From Eledone cirrhosa (taxonomy: Eukaryota), in the NCBI GenBank assembly GCA_964016885.1, contig OZ024741.1, positions 233,740,001 through 233,804,000 on the forward strand: DNA of 64,000 bases. Reading direction: 5' to 3'. Below the pieces are notes generated by a model, which made no database searches, had not been told where the DNA came from, and saw nothing but the letters and a program-made list of their open reading frames with translations. Each line of letters starts with the position of its first letter. Position 1 is the first letter of the stretch. This document shows, piece by piece, positions 34,271 to 45,446 of the stretch. A program made the position numbers and the translations under genes.

Positions 34271-36026
34271 ATATTGTTATACTTTGGGAGGGTCATGTTG
34301 CCAATGAGAAACACATGCACCAGTTGCTTTCACTCCAATTTATTATAAGTTAAATTAAATTATAAATTTAAGAAATTTATAACTTCCAATTGGTTAGTTG
34401 GTTCCACAACCGGACGGTTGTTCATATATTGTTCAAATTTAATGGAAAAACATATGCCCAAGAGGAGGGAGCAGCCATTGGTGTTAGCATTGCAGGTGAC
34501 ATAGCTAACCTATTCATGGTATGGTGAGACAATAAACTTAAAGAACAATTAGAAGACAACAACCTCTTAACCCTGATTATGTACTCCCGCTATGTTGATG
34601 ATATAAACATCGTAGTAAAAACACCCCCACTAGGGAACTGTCAGGAATTAGAGAAAAACACCATGGAAAGCATCCAGCAAATAGCTAAATCCATCCACCA
34701 GAGTATTAAAGTTACTATAGATTACCCAAGCAAATACCCCAACCATCGATTACCTGTACTAGACACAGAGCTCTGGTTAGAAACTATTAATAACAAAAAA
34801 CAAATCCTCCATTCCCATTATGCCAAACCCATGACTTCCAAATATCTGATCCACCGAAACTCAGCTGTTTCGGACCATACCAAAATCAACATACTGATTG
34901 CGGATTTAGTACGGGTGATGAGGAACGTGTCCCGCATGTGCAACTCCAAAGAACTAGAGAGATACATACAACACTTCATCCACCGTATGCAGTTCTCTGG
35001 TTACAATCAGAGAGATAAAATCAGAGTATATAGAGGAGCCAGAACCAAATGGGAAAAAATGGTAAATAATGATACAAATGGGACCTGCCCCTTGTATAGG
35101 AGCAAATTTTGGAATAGAATAGAAAGAACTAGGAATAAGGTTAATAAATAAACTCATGGTATGATAGCAATAAATACCAGAGTGTAATGTTCATCAATAC
35201 AACCCCTAGAGGCGAACTAGGTTACAAATTTAGAAGAGCCCTAGATAAACTTAAACTAAATATTAAGATAGTGGAAAGACCAGGTACCTCCATAAAAACA
35301 CTTATTAGTAATACATACCCTTTTCAAAGACCACCCTGTATAGATAAGAAATGCATAATCTGTAAACTAAGACCCCATATTAACTGCAAAACTAGAAACA
35401 TAGTATATAGCATAATATGTACTGAGGGACAATGTAAAGATAAGAATATAGTGTACATAGGTGAGACAGCTCGTAGTATAGGAGAACGGATAAATGAACA
35501 CTGGCGAGAGCTTCAAGATAGAAAAGAATCATCAGTACTCCACCAACATGCTAAAATAGAACATAAGGGCAAATTAGAGAACATAGAAATAAAAATAGAA
35601 TCAACACACAGAAATGACGGAATGTTTAGACAAATCACAGAGGCAATAAACATAAATGAACTCCAACCAAAATTAAATAGAAAACATGAATGGAATAGCA
35701 ACATCACAACTTACAATTAAGGACAATATGAAAACACACACACATAGAACACATGCGCAAACTAAGCACACAACACTCACAAAAACAAGATGGCGTGGGA
35801 CAAAACAAAGAGAAGAATCCCTGGTCACTGATAAGGTCACAGAATGTGTGACGAAAGAACTTTGATAATATATGAACAACCACCCGGTTGTGGAACCAAC
35901 CAACCAACCAGAAATTATAAATTTCTTAAATTTATAATTTAATTTAACTTATAATAAATTGGAGTGAAAGCAACTGGTGCGTGTGTTTCTTATTGGCAAC
36001 ATGACCCTCCCAAAGTATAACAATAT
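34271..36026 (+). mobile_element. Penelope-like element, 5'-truncated, bounded by 160-bp inverted pLTRs
   Basis: RT (FKFNGKTY.Q.EG.AIG, YSRYVDD, LPVLDT) 34431-35151; GIY-YIG (NIVY..C..VYIGETARS..ERI.EH..EAI.I..LN) 35187-35720; inverted repeats 34271-34430 / 35867-36026. Confidence 0.93.
35824..35866 (+). ncRNA. Degenerate minimal hammerhead motif in the Penelope 3' region
   Basis: GTCA-CTGATAA-G-GTCAC-agaatgt-GTGAC-GAAAG-AA-CTT-TGAT; core G8 is replaced by A. Confidence 0.5.
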
Positions 36027-36329
36027 CGGTTTCAACACGCGTTTTCAGATAAAGAATCTTGCTAAACAAATTCAAAAACGATATATATATATATACCAAA
36101 AGTAGAACTATACAAACAATTCTCAAAGGAAAATAGTAGTATGAAAATGATAGTATGTAATTGCTAGGTTTTAAAAAAGAAAAAACTCAATGCGTTTATA
36201 AAATATTTAAACGTTTGAAGAGAAAGAATGGAATACATATATCTTTTGAAACATGTGTAAAAGAGTAAATATGGCTTTTAGATAAAAGAAGCTAAATTTT
36301 CCATTTATACTCTTGTTTATATATATATT

Positions 36330-36490
36330 TATATCTTCTGAAGATTCCATATAGGGTAAGCAGAAATTCTTTGCTTGAACTTTAATCTGTACTAATAATA
36401 AATATTTGCTCTGCTGGTTTATATATACTTATATATATACAATCCTTATCAAGCCCTCTTCGGATTTTGGTCTTTGTATTTATTATTACT
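36330..36490 (+). mobile_element. Penelope pLTR fragment related to 6582-6740
   Basis: ctgaagattcc..ttctttgcttgaactttaatctg..tccttatcaagccctcttcggattttggtct matches the reverse complement of 6600-6740. Confidence 0.7.
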
Positions 36491-36604
36491 ATATATATAT
36501 ATGTATACATACACACAAACATACATACATACGCACATACATATACACACACACACACGTATGTGTGTGTTTGTGCATATATATATGTATATATATACAT
36601 ACAT

Positions 36605-37200
36605 TGAAAGTATCATCCACCTCTGCAGAATGGAAGACGATCGAATCCCAAAACAACTTTTGTATGGCAAGCTTTGTAAAGGTAAGAGACCGCCTCACAA
36701 GCCAAAGCTCCAATTCAAAGATTGTGTAAAGGGCTCATTGAAAAAAGTGGTTTGATAGTGGCTGACTGGAAGATAGAAACTCTTGAAAGAGAAACTTGGC
36801 ATGGAATGGTAAATGATGAGGTCCATAATTTTGAGGACAGATGCATAGAGCATGAGAAGATCAAACGGGATGTGTGTAAGCAATGCCCTGGTATATCTCT
36901 CAAAAAAATCGGTGTCTCCATTGAATTGGTGTTCCCTGAGTGCAGAAAGATTTGCTTGAGCAAATCTAGTCTCAGGAACCACAGTTGCAGCCATGTTCAG
37001 AGAGAACCAGTGAACTATTATCTCCACAGTATTGTGAAGGTTCTCAGGCAACCTGATGCAAGACCTGAGACCAGGGAAGTCCATAGTTGCTGTCAATGTG
37101 CGAAGGAGTGCAAGTCTCTAGCAGACTTGAAAAGCCATATCAGAGCGTCACACATCTGAATCTGACAAGCGATTGCAATACTCTTAGGGTGAGTTTTCAG
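36605..37200 (+). mobile_element. BovB-like RTE 3' end with two C2H2-like motifs
   Basis: RMEDDRIPKQLLYGKL..GKR...KPKL.FKD; PECRKICLSKSSLRNH; CCQCAKECKSLADLKSH. Confidence 0.8.
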
Positions 37201-37469
37201 CCATCATATACATACGCACACACACACACACAGAAGTGTGGTGTGTGTGTGTGTGTGTGTGTGTATATACTCATGAAGTTTTGAGACTTTCTTTTCAGGC
37301 ACTTTTGATTGCCCTACATAATTTTCACTTTAATACATCCTTGATATGGTTATTATAGGCTAACATGCCAAATCTTTCTTTTCTAGATTGAAAGTTCTGG
37401 CCACTAGAGCACTTTAAACACTACCCATCACACATGTTTTGTCACAGCTGAGTGGTTCCACAATGCACT

Positions 37470-38340
37470 TGGGACATGAGGACAACCTGGAGGCTTGATA
37501 TGCAATGAAGTTTTGTGTCAAACTTGGCAAAAATACTACAGAAACCTATGAAATTATCAAAACTGCTTACGGACTAACTTTCGTGAGCCGGGCGACTGTT
37601 TTCTGCTAGCACAAGAGGTTCCAGGAGGGAAGGGAGTAGGTCAGGGATGATAAGAAGTGTGGCAGATGGACATCAGGATGCCAAAGCTGGTTGACAAAAT
37701 TTGCAAATTTCTGGACAAGGACCTTCGTGCATCTCTCCTGATGATTGCAAAACAATTTGAAGTGGCTGAAGACACTGTGCACAGTCATTCATGATAATCT
37801 GAACACATGAAAGTTTGTTTCCAGGATACTCAATGAAGATCAAAGGCAGAGGTGCATTAATGAAGGCAGGAAGATGGTCAAATGGATCACTTTGAATCCA
37901 AGTGTCCTTGAGTCTCTGGTAAGCTGTGACAAGAGCTGGGTCAACTCTTATGATCTAGAGACCAAGAGACAGAGTGCCCAGTGGAAACATTCTGACTCCT
38001 CAGGGCCCAAGAAGGCCAGGCAAAACCAGTCCACTGGGAAGCTCGTGATGATCCTATTCTTCAACAGCAAGGGCATCATCTAAAATCACTGGGTCCCCCA
38101 TAGCCAGACAATCTACAAAGAGTACTATGTTGAGGTTTTAAGGCAGTTCAGAAAGCGATGTTATTGCAAAAGACCAGAACTCTTCAAGTCTGGTCAGTGG
38201 CACCTGCACCAGAACAATGCCCCCTGCCACAAATATATCCTGATGACCAACTACTTGGCTGATATGGGGATCAAGACTGTCCATCATCCTCCCTACAGTC
38301 CAGACTTAGCACTATGTGATTTCTGGATGTTCCCAAAGTG
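37470..38340 (+). mobile_element. Mariner (DD34D) transposase relic
   Basis: MKFCVKLGK..TETY.....AYG; CDKSWV..YD.ETKRQS.QW; GK.MIL.FF.SKGII; WHLHQ.NAP.H; HPPYSPDLA.CDF.MFPK; many stops. Confidence 0.9.
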
Positions 38341-38479
38341 TACTATGTGTGACACCATTAGAAAGTATCTGGTTAGGTTTACCATTTTGTGATTTTATAT
38401 GAGGTATTTAGAGGTATAAGTGAGTTAGGGTAATGTGTTTAATCATGTTATTTAGAGGAGCACTAATTGGGTTAATATA

Positions 38480-39120
38480 ATAAATTCAGGGGGATTGGAG
38501 GGTTCTCTTGGATTAAAGGCTTTATGTGTATATTAGTATTCCTATTCTTACTTTTATTTTTATAATTATTACAAAGAACAAATTTACTCATAATCACGTT
38601 AAACTTTTTAAGAGATGGCCTAGAATCCATGGAAATATGAAATGTTACTATTATAACCAGACCTAGCCAAGGCTTCCTTATAGTACCAGGCAGAAAGTCT
38701 CGAAATCCTGTGGGATACTTCTTTAACAATAGAATTAATGATAGACTTAGGGTGGTTATCCATCCTACATTGATTATAGTTTTTAATAAAAAATTGAGCA
38801 TCATCTCTATATAAACTGCTCTGTAAAATAGGAACTTCCTTGCTAAGCTTATGTAATAAGTAAATATCAACAAGATCAGTGACTGGTGCTCAGTCACCTG
38901 AACCCATGGTAATAACAAAGTTGTTAGGACAGTTTGAGCCATCAAAATTCTATAATAATATGCCTAGCTGCAATTATGATATCTATCTAATTCCTAGCAA
39001 GATTAATGAAACTCTTGGTGAATATTAGAGCATTGTTTAAAATAATAGGATATACAAGAACAATAATTATCGATATTAAATTATAAGAACTTAAAGTTAT
39101 TTTTATTACTAATAGTTTGA
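38480..39120 (-). mobile_element. Decayed Penelope RT fragment
   Basis: LNNALIF.KSF..IDIIIAAR.IIEFDGS..ITMGSGD.APVTDLV.IYLL..LYRDD, paralleling 8750-9010. Confidence 0.65.
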
Positions 39121-40223
39121 ACCAATTATAAACTCCGACAGATTAACAGCAAGCCCCTAGCAGTGGAGACTTCTGGTGTCTTTGGCCTAGGGCCACCACC
39201 TTACACACCACCATAGGCGCAGAGCTGGCTAGCTGCAGGTGTGAGCCTTGCGAGCTGGAATAGTTCTTCCAGCACATCTCCCTCGCCATCCCCTGGGGAA
39301 ACGCCTTCTCTATTCTGTCCACTGGGGCCGTGGGGTGGCCAGCACGTAGGACCCCATTTGTTCATAATAGTGGGAGATGGGGAGGGCTGGAACGACGGAA
39401 GTGATGACAGTGGGAGTTTGGTTCCTCTGTGTTCGGACCTGGTGTACATGTGTTAGTAAGTTGCCTTTGATTTTTTTTTTAACGGACAAGTTAAAGTACA
39501 GATGTCTTGTTGACTAGAGTTATCTCCCATGTCCAACCAATACCATTAATAACTTCATGTTGTTCTAATAATGTCAATTTTATTTTTCAGTTTAGGTACC
39601 CACTGGAAGGAATGTTTGAGGACTCTGCCTCCATCAACCTCTCAGGAATAAGTGGGTGAAGAAGAAGTTTAGGTATAATTCTATAGGTACATGGGTGTTT
39701 TTAGTGTGTTTACTAGAGCTTTTGATTAGCAATCTTAGTACCAGTTATCTCCATTTAACTGCCATATTAATGTTTTTTTTTAAATTGATCAAGTAGCATC
39801 CATATGACATAATATAACGGGTTTTTTGTTTTTGTTTTTCATAGTATTGAATAAGAATTTTAGGGCGTCATGTTAAAATGTAACCTCCAGTGACCTCAAC
39901 ATCATTCCTGCTTACTTATATTTACACTCTGCATGTTACAGCTGCCTTAACCCTGCACTACACTGAAGTATAAACCTTAAACGAGATGGAACCTTGTAAC
40001 AGCATTGAGTGCTTTAACCAACCAACTGCCTGTAACTATAGTTACACACATATCTACCACACACACATATATAGATATGTACTATATATATGTGTGTGTG
40101 TGAGTGTGTGTGTAACAGGTAAACAGAAATAACAACACAATCGGTACAGTATATGGAAGGAATATATTAGTTTAATGCTTGAAATAACAGGAAGAGGGTC
40201 TTAACGTTTTAGATGCTAGTCCT

Positions 40224-42473
40224 TCATCATCATCATCATCATCATCAGGTTTAGCGTCCGTGTTCCACGCTTGCATGGGTTTGGACGGGGGTTTTCCCAC
40301 TTGAGGCAAGAGTGGTTGTCTTGCTCGCATAGGACTGTCTGGCGGGTTTTCTACAGCTGGATGCCCTTCCTAACACCAACCACATTTACAGTGTGGGGCT
40401 GGGAGGTTTTTACCGTGTTGCCTACACGGCCACATTACAGCGTGGACTGTCTGGCGGGTTTTCTACAGCTGGATGCCCTTCCTAACACCAACCATATTTA
40501 CAGTGTGGGGCTGGGAGGTTTTTACCGTGTTGCCTACACGGCCACATTTACAGCGTGGACTGTGTGTTTTTTTGTCGTGACACCTACACGATCTCATTTG
40601 TTTCGGCCTGGATGTTGTGGCACCAACATAACTTTACATTGAGAGGGGCGGTGTGGATGGGGTGGAGGTGGTGGGACGGGGGTGTGTTTTGATAGAGATG
40701 CCTACTGACTGTAGTAGGTTTTTACTTTGTATTTAGGTAAGGCGGGTCTTCTCTATTACTGAGTACCGCCAAAGGTCTCGGTCCAGTGACATTGTCTTGG
40801 AGAGGTGTAAACGTGTGAAGTCGGAATTTATCATGTCGTCCCAGGTTTTTCTGGGTCTGCCTACTCCGTGGCTACCGTCTATCAGCTGTCGTCTTTCATG
40901 CGCATCACGTGACCGTACCAACGTAGCCTTCTCTCGAGTAAACAACATCTGATCCCTCTTATTTCTAATTTTTTCCTTAGTTCGTTTATGCTTAGCCGTT
41001 CACGTATATTACTGTGGCACATCCAGCGGAGCATGCAAGCTTCGTTCCTCTCTAGTCTGCGTATATCCTCTGCACACAATGCCCAGGTCTCACTGCCATG
41101 CAGCATTGCTGTTCGTATGCAGGCATCGTATAACCTGCCTTTCATTTTTAGGGAGAACCCTCTAGCGGCTAATAGTGGTATAAGCTCTCTGAACTTTTTC
41201 CATCCAGTTCTGACTCTAGCTACTGTACTTTCAGAGCACCCTCCCCCACTGCTGATTTTGTCACCCAGGTAACGGAAGCTGTCCACAATTTCTATAGGAC
41301 CCTCTGTGCAATTGAAAGAGCTAGTATTTTGTGGGCACTTGCTGCTACTTATTGCACCAGAGCACCGGCCACATGTAAAATCTATGTTCTTAGTTAGCTT
41401 ACCTGTGATCCCACTACATCTTTTATGCACCCATACTTTGCATTTGGGACATAAAATGGAGTTTCTACCTACGCCTTTCCTACACACTGAGCATGGCCAT
41501 TTCCCGGAAGGGACCGCCGCCTTATTTTCTTTCCTACAAACTAGAACTTTAGTCTTAGCCAGGTTAATTTTAAGGCCTTTTGATTCTAGGCCGTGCTTCC
41601 ATGTTTGGAATTTCTTCTCTAGTTCGGTCATTGATTCAGCTATGAGCGTTAGATCATCTGCGTATAGGAGTTCCCATGGGCAGCCGGTCTTGAACTCCTC
41701 TGTTATAGCCTGAAGGGCAATAATAAATAGTAGGGGGCTAAGAACAGAGCCCTGATGGACACCAACTTTTACGCTAAACTCTTCAATATATTCGTTGTTA
41801 ATTCTAACCTTGCTGACTGTTTCTTTATACATGGCTTGTATAGCTCTCACAAGCCATTCGTCAACACCTAGTTTTCTAAGAGCCCACCAGATAATGGAAC
41901 GGGGGACTCTGTCGAAGGCTTTCTCAAAGTCAACAAAAGCTAAGTATAGGGGTTTACTTTTAGCTAGGTACTTCTCCTGTAGTTGTCGTACAATGAAAAG
42001 AGCGTCTGTGGTACTTTTGCCTGACACAAACCCGAACTGCATTTCATCTAGATCAATTCTCTCTCTGATTAGTTGCGCTATTACTTTTAATGTGACCTTC
42101 ATGACCTGGTCGATTAATTTAATGCCTCTATAGTTACACCTATCTAGGGCATCTCCTTTACCCTTGTAACAGTTAATGATGATGCTGCTATTCCAGTCCT
42201 TCGGAACAACCCCATTCTGTATGACTTGGTTTACTATCTGGGTGACCATGGTGTGTCCCACCGTTCCAGAGGCTTTCAGCATCTCAGCAACTATTTCCGA
42301 AGGCCCAGCTGCCTTACCCGTCTTCATATCTTTGATTGCCTTACTTATTATACTCCCCTCGACTAACACTGCTGGTCCCTCTATTGGGTCGATGTGGGGG
42401 AGACTGTCTTTCTCCCATTTGTTCTCCTCATTTAGAAGCCTTTCGTAGTGACACTTCCAAGCTACCTTCTTAT

Positions 42474-42478
<5 letters not shown>
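40224..42478 (-). mobile_element. RTE LINE, 5'-truncated, with 3' UTR internal duplication and (GAT)n tail
   Basis: ORF 40882-42480 with YADD and PHD-like finger; short deletion near 40882; ~113-bp duplication at 40333-40560; 5' junction in (TA)n. Confidence 0.95.
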
Positions 42479-42539
<61 letters not shown>

Positions 42540-42881
42540 TATATACTAAATATATATATATATGTGTATGTGTGTGTGTACAGGTGTGTGTATTGATGTT
42601 GAGCTGTTCTTTTTGGATACCTGTCACTGTTGTTCAGACAATGGGATTGGTCCAGTGCTAGGCATCACTTAATCTAAATAATTTTCAGGTGGATTGCATG
42701 AGTATGGCTTTTTCTTTTTTCTTTCATAGCAGCATATGCAGAAAGGAGTCTAAGTCCTTGGCAGGGCTAAAAAGTCATGTTTGTGCCACCCTTGTATGAA
42801 AAAATGATCAAAGGATGGGAATTCTTGAAACTGAGATGCAGCTGTTATATGTGTGTATCATCATATATGTATATACCCTTT

Positions 42882-42930
<49 letters not shown>

Positions 42931-42935
<5 letters not shown>

Positions 42936-43046
42936 AAAAAGTATGACCCCGACAGCAGAGCTCAAGCCGTTTCAACGGTTATTTCAGTCCAGAAATAGCC
43001 GTCGAAACGGCTTGAGCTCTGCCATCGGGGTCATACTTTTTCCTAT
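42931..43046. repeat. 116-nt near-perfect palindrome (55-bp arms, 6-nt loop)
   Basis: 42931-42985 versus reverse complement of 42992-43046, four mismatches. Confidence 0.92.
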
Positions 43047-43349
43047 TTCCCACTCTACTACCCTAAGTATTGAGTACTCTGGTGCATTATGGTCCATCTG
43101 GTTCCTTACCACAATTCCTTTGTTATATATATATATGAAGCAACAGCAAGTGGTCTGTAGTATGTACCACTTTTCCCTCCCCCTCAATACTCTTCCCATG
43201 ACTTAACACTCCACCCATCACCAGCTAAGTACCCCTACCCACCCCAGACCTACCACACCAATCTCCACTCTACATACACCCCCACCCCTCTTTCCACATC
43301 AGGTGCACCTCTCTTGACCAGCCTTTGTATACAAGCATGGAAAGCTGTC

Positions 43350-43560
43350 TCCAGCATAAACCCTTATAGAGTGGACTGGGTGCTTATTTGTCATGTCACC
43401 AACATAACTATCCATCCTACAGGAAGAATTAGGTGCTCTTTTGTCATGACACCAGCATGAGCATCTTACATGGTGGATTAGGGGCTTTTGTTGTGTCGCC
43501 AGCATGACCACCTTAGAGGTTGGACTGAGAGCTTCTAGTCATTTCAGCAGCATTGTGGGA
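43350..43560 (-). repeat. ~41-bp RTE-UTR-derived minisatellite
   Basis: Same units as 44270-44720; ending agagcttctagtcatttca.ca.cattgtggg shared. Confidence 0.7.
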
Positions 43561-43634
43561 GACACAAGCCGAAACCGCTTGGCACTGCAGTTGGGATTCT
43601 ACATATCTCTATACCCACTCTTTCTATACACATG

Positions 43635-44050
43635 TGAGTCATGGACTCCGACCACTGAATTGTAAAGAAAGATCCAAACAGTAGAGATGAGATGTTATTG
43701 AAGAAGCCTGGGAATCTCTTACACAGAACACATCACAAACAAGAAGGTCTGCCAAAAGATTACCCAGCACATGAGCCACTTTGATGATCTGCTGACTACA
43801 GTGAAGAGGAGAAAGCTGAGGTGGTATGGACATGTAACAAGATGAGACAAACTCTCCAAGGAACAGTGTGAGGAAAGAGAAGGCAGAGCAGGCAGAGGAA
43901 GTGGTGGACAGACAACATAGCTGAGAACTTTGCCACAATCCAAACACTCATGACTGCCAGAGATGGAAGTAATTGGTGCAGCGTTCAACACCTCAGTGTC
44001 CCAATGACCCCGAAAAAAGTTAAGGGACCATGATGAGGGTGATGATACCT
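43635..44050 (+). mobile_element. Decayed RTE 3' fragment (different subfamily)
   Basis: LLKKPG.SYTEHITNKKV, DDLLTTVKRRKLRWYGHVTR. Confidence 0.7.
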
Positions 44051-44144
44051 ACTCTGCAACTTCCCATGCATTGAGTGCTCCCATGATTAATGGTCTCCCC
44101 AGTCTCAGGACTGCAGACTCTATACATATATATCAACAGCAACA

Positions 44145-44720
44145 TCGTTTAATGTCCATTTTTTCATGTTAGCATGGGTTAGACAACTTGTCCCATTGTG
44201 GGACAAGTCAGATCAGATGACCATGTCTTACTCATACAGAACTGTTTCTGGCTTGATTTCTACGGCAACCACATTTACAGTGTGGACTGGGTGCTTTTTG
44301 TCATGGCACCAAAACAACCACTTTACAGTGAGGACTGGGCACTTTTTGTTGTGTCACCAAGGTTGGGCTGGGTTCTTTTTGTCATGTCACCATCATGATC
44401 CCTTTACAGGATCGACTGGGCATTTATTGTCATGTTACTACCATGACCTCTCTACAGGGTAGACTGGGTGCTTTCTGCCATACTCGACCTCTTTACAGGA
44501 TGGATTTGCTGCCTCCTGCCATGACCATCTTACAGAGTGGACTGGGTGTTTATTTGTAATGTCACCAGCATGACCATTCTGCAAGGAGGACTAGGTGCTC
44601 TTTTGTCATGACATCACCATGAGCATCTTACATGGTGGACAAGGAGCTTTTGTTGTGTCACCAGCATGACCACCTTACAGGACGGACCGAGAGCTTCTAG
44701 TCATTTCAACAACATTGTGG
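44145..44720 (-). mobile_element. Non-coding element: RTE 3' tail plus ~11 units of ~41-bp minisatellite
   Basis: cgtttaatgtcc..catgttagcatgggttagac (RTE tail, reverse complement) followed by a tandem array. Confidence 0.7.
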
Positions 44721-45446
44721 GTGTGGGTGTTTTATTTTCATTGTTCAATACACTAATACACACATATATATAGATATGTAAAATCCCAACCACGCCGCCA
44801 AGCGGTTTCAGCTTGCGTGTTCAGCAAACCTTTTTAAGCTGAACAAAAGTCAAAGATGGTGAGATGGATCTAGACTGCCAGTCTGAAGATCAGATTGAGA
44901 ATGGAGTCAGGTTAATAACTTTGATGGGTGACCCTGAGCCAATCCACTGTGAAACATGCGTAACAGATCGATAAACAACTACTGCTACAATCACTGCTCT
45001 AACCTATGATGTTGCTCTAATTGGCCTTCTCTACCCCCCACCCGAGAGAGAGATATTATAATAAGTTTGTTTATAATACTTTTTCATACTCTCCAGCCAT
45101 CTAATCAAATCAAATTTGGTTTGTTGATGGCTGAAGAGAAAACCTGGGCAGGGAAAGGATGAATGCTGAGGATTGAAGTGATTGGTTATTGGTGTGAGGT
45201 GAGAGAGAGATGAAGTGGTTTATTACTGAGATAAGGTGATAGTCAGGTGAAGTTATTGAATACTGATGTGAAGTAAAGTGATTGGTTACTGATATAGTTC
45301 TGAAGTGACAAGAGTCTCAGTTGGGGATTGGTGACAATACTGTGCTAATCAGTGGATTATGTTGTAAAGAAATGGTGTTAAGAAAAGAAACAAAACAAAA
45401 TTTGTCTCAGATATCTGAAGAGAAACTGACGAATTTTATTGAAGGT

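Noticed and set aside
40195-40232. Hammerhead remnants here, at 3887-3920 and at 52518-52550
   Set aside because: Stem II-like hairpins are present but core nucleotides are mutated; too degenerate to call
40882-42627. 581-aa ORF as a host gene
   Set aside because: RTE RT fused by chance to a microsatellite-derived N-terminus
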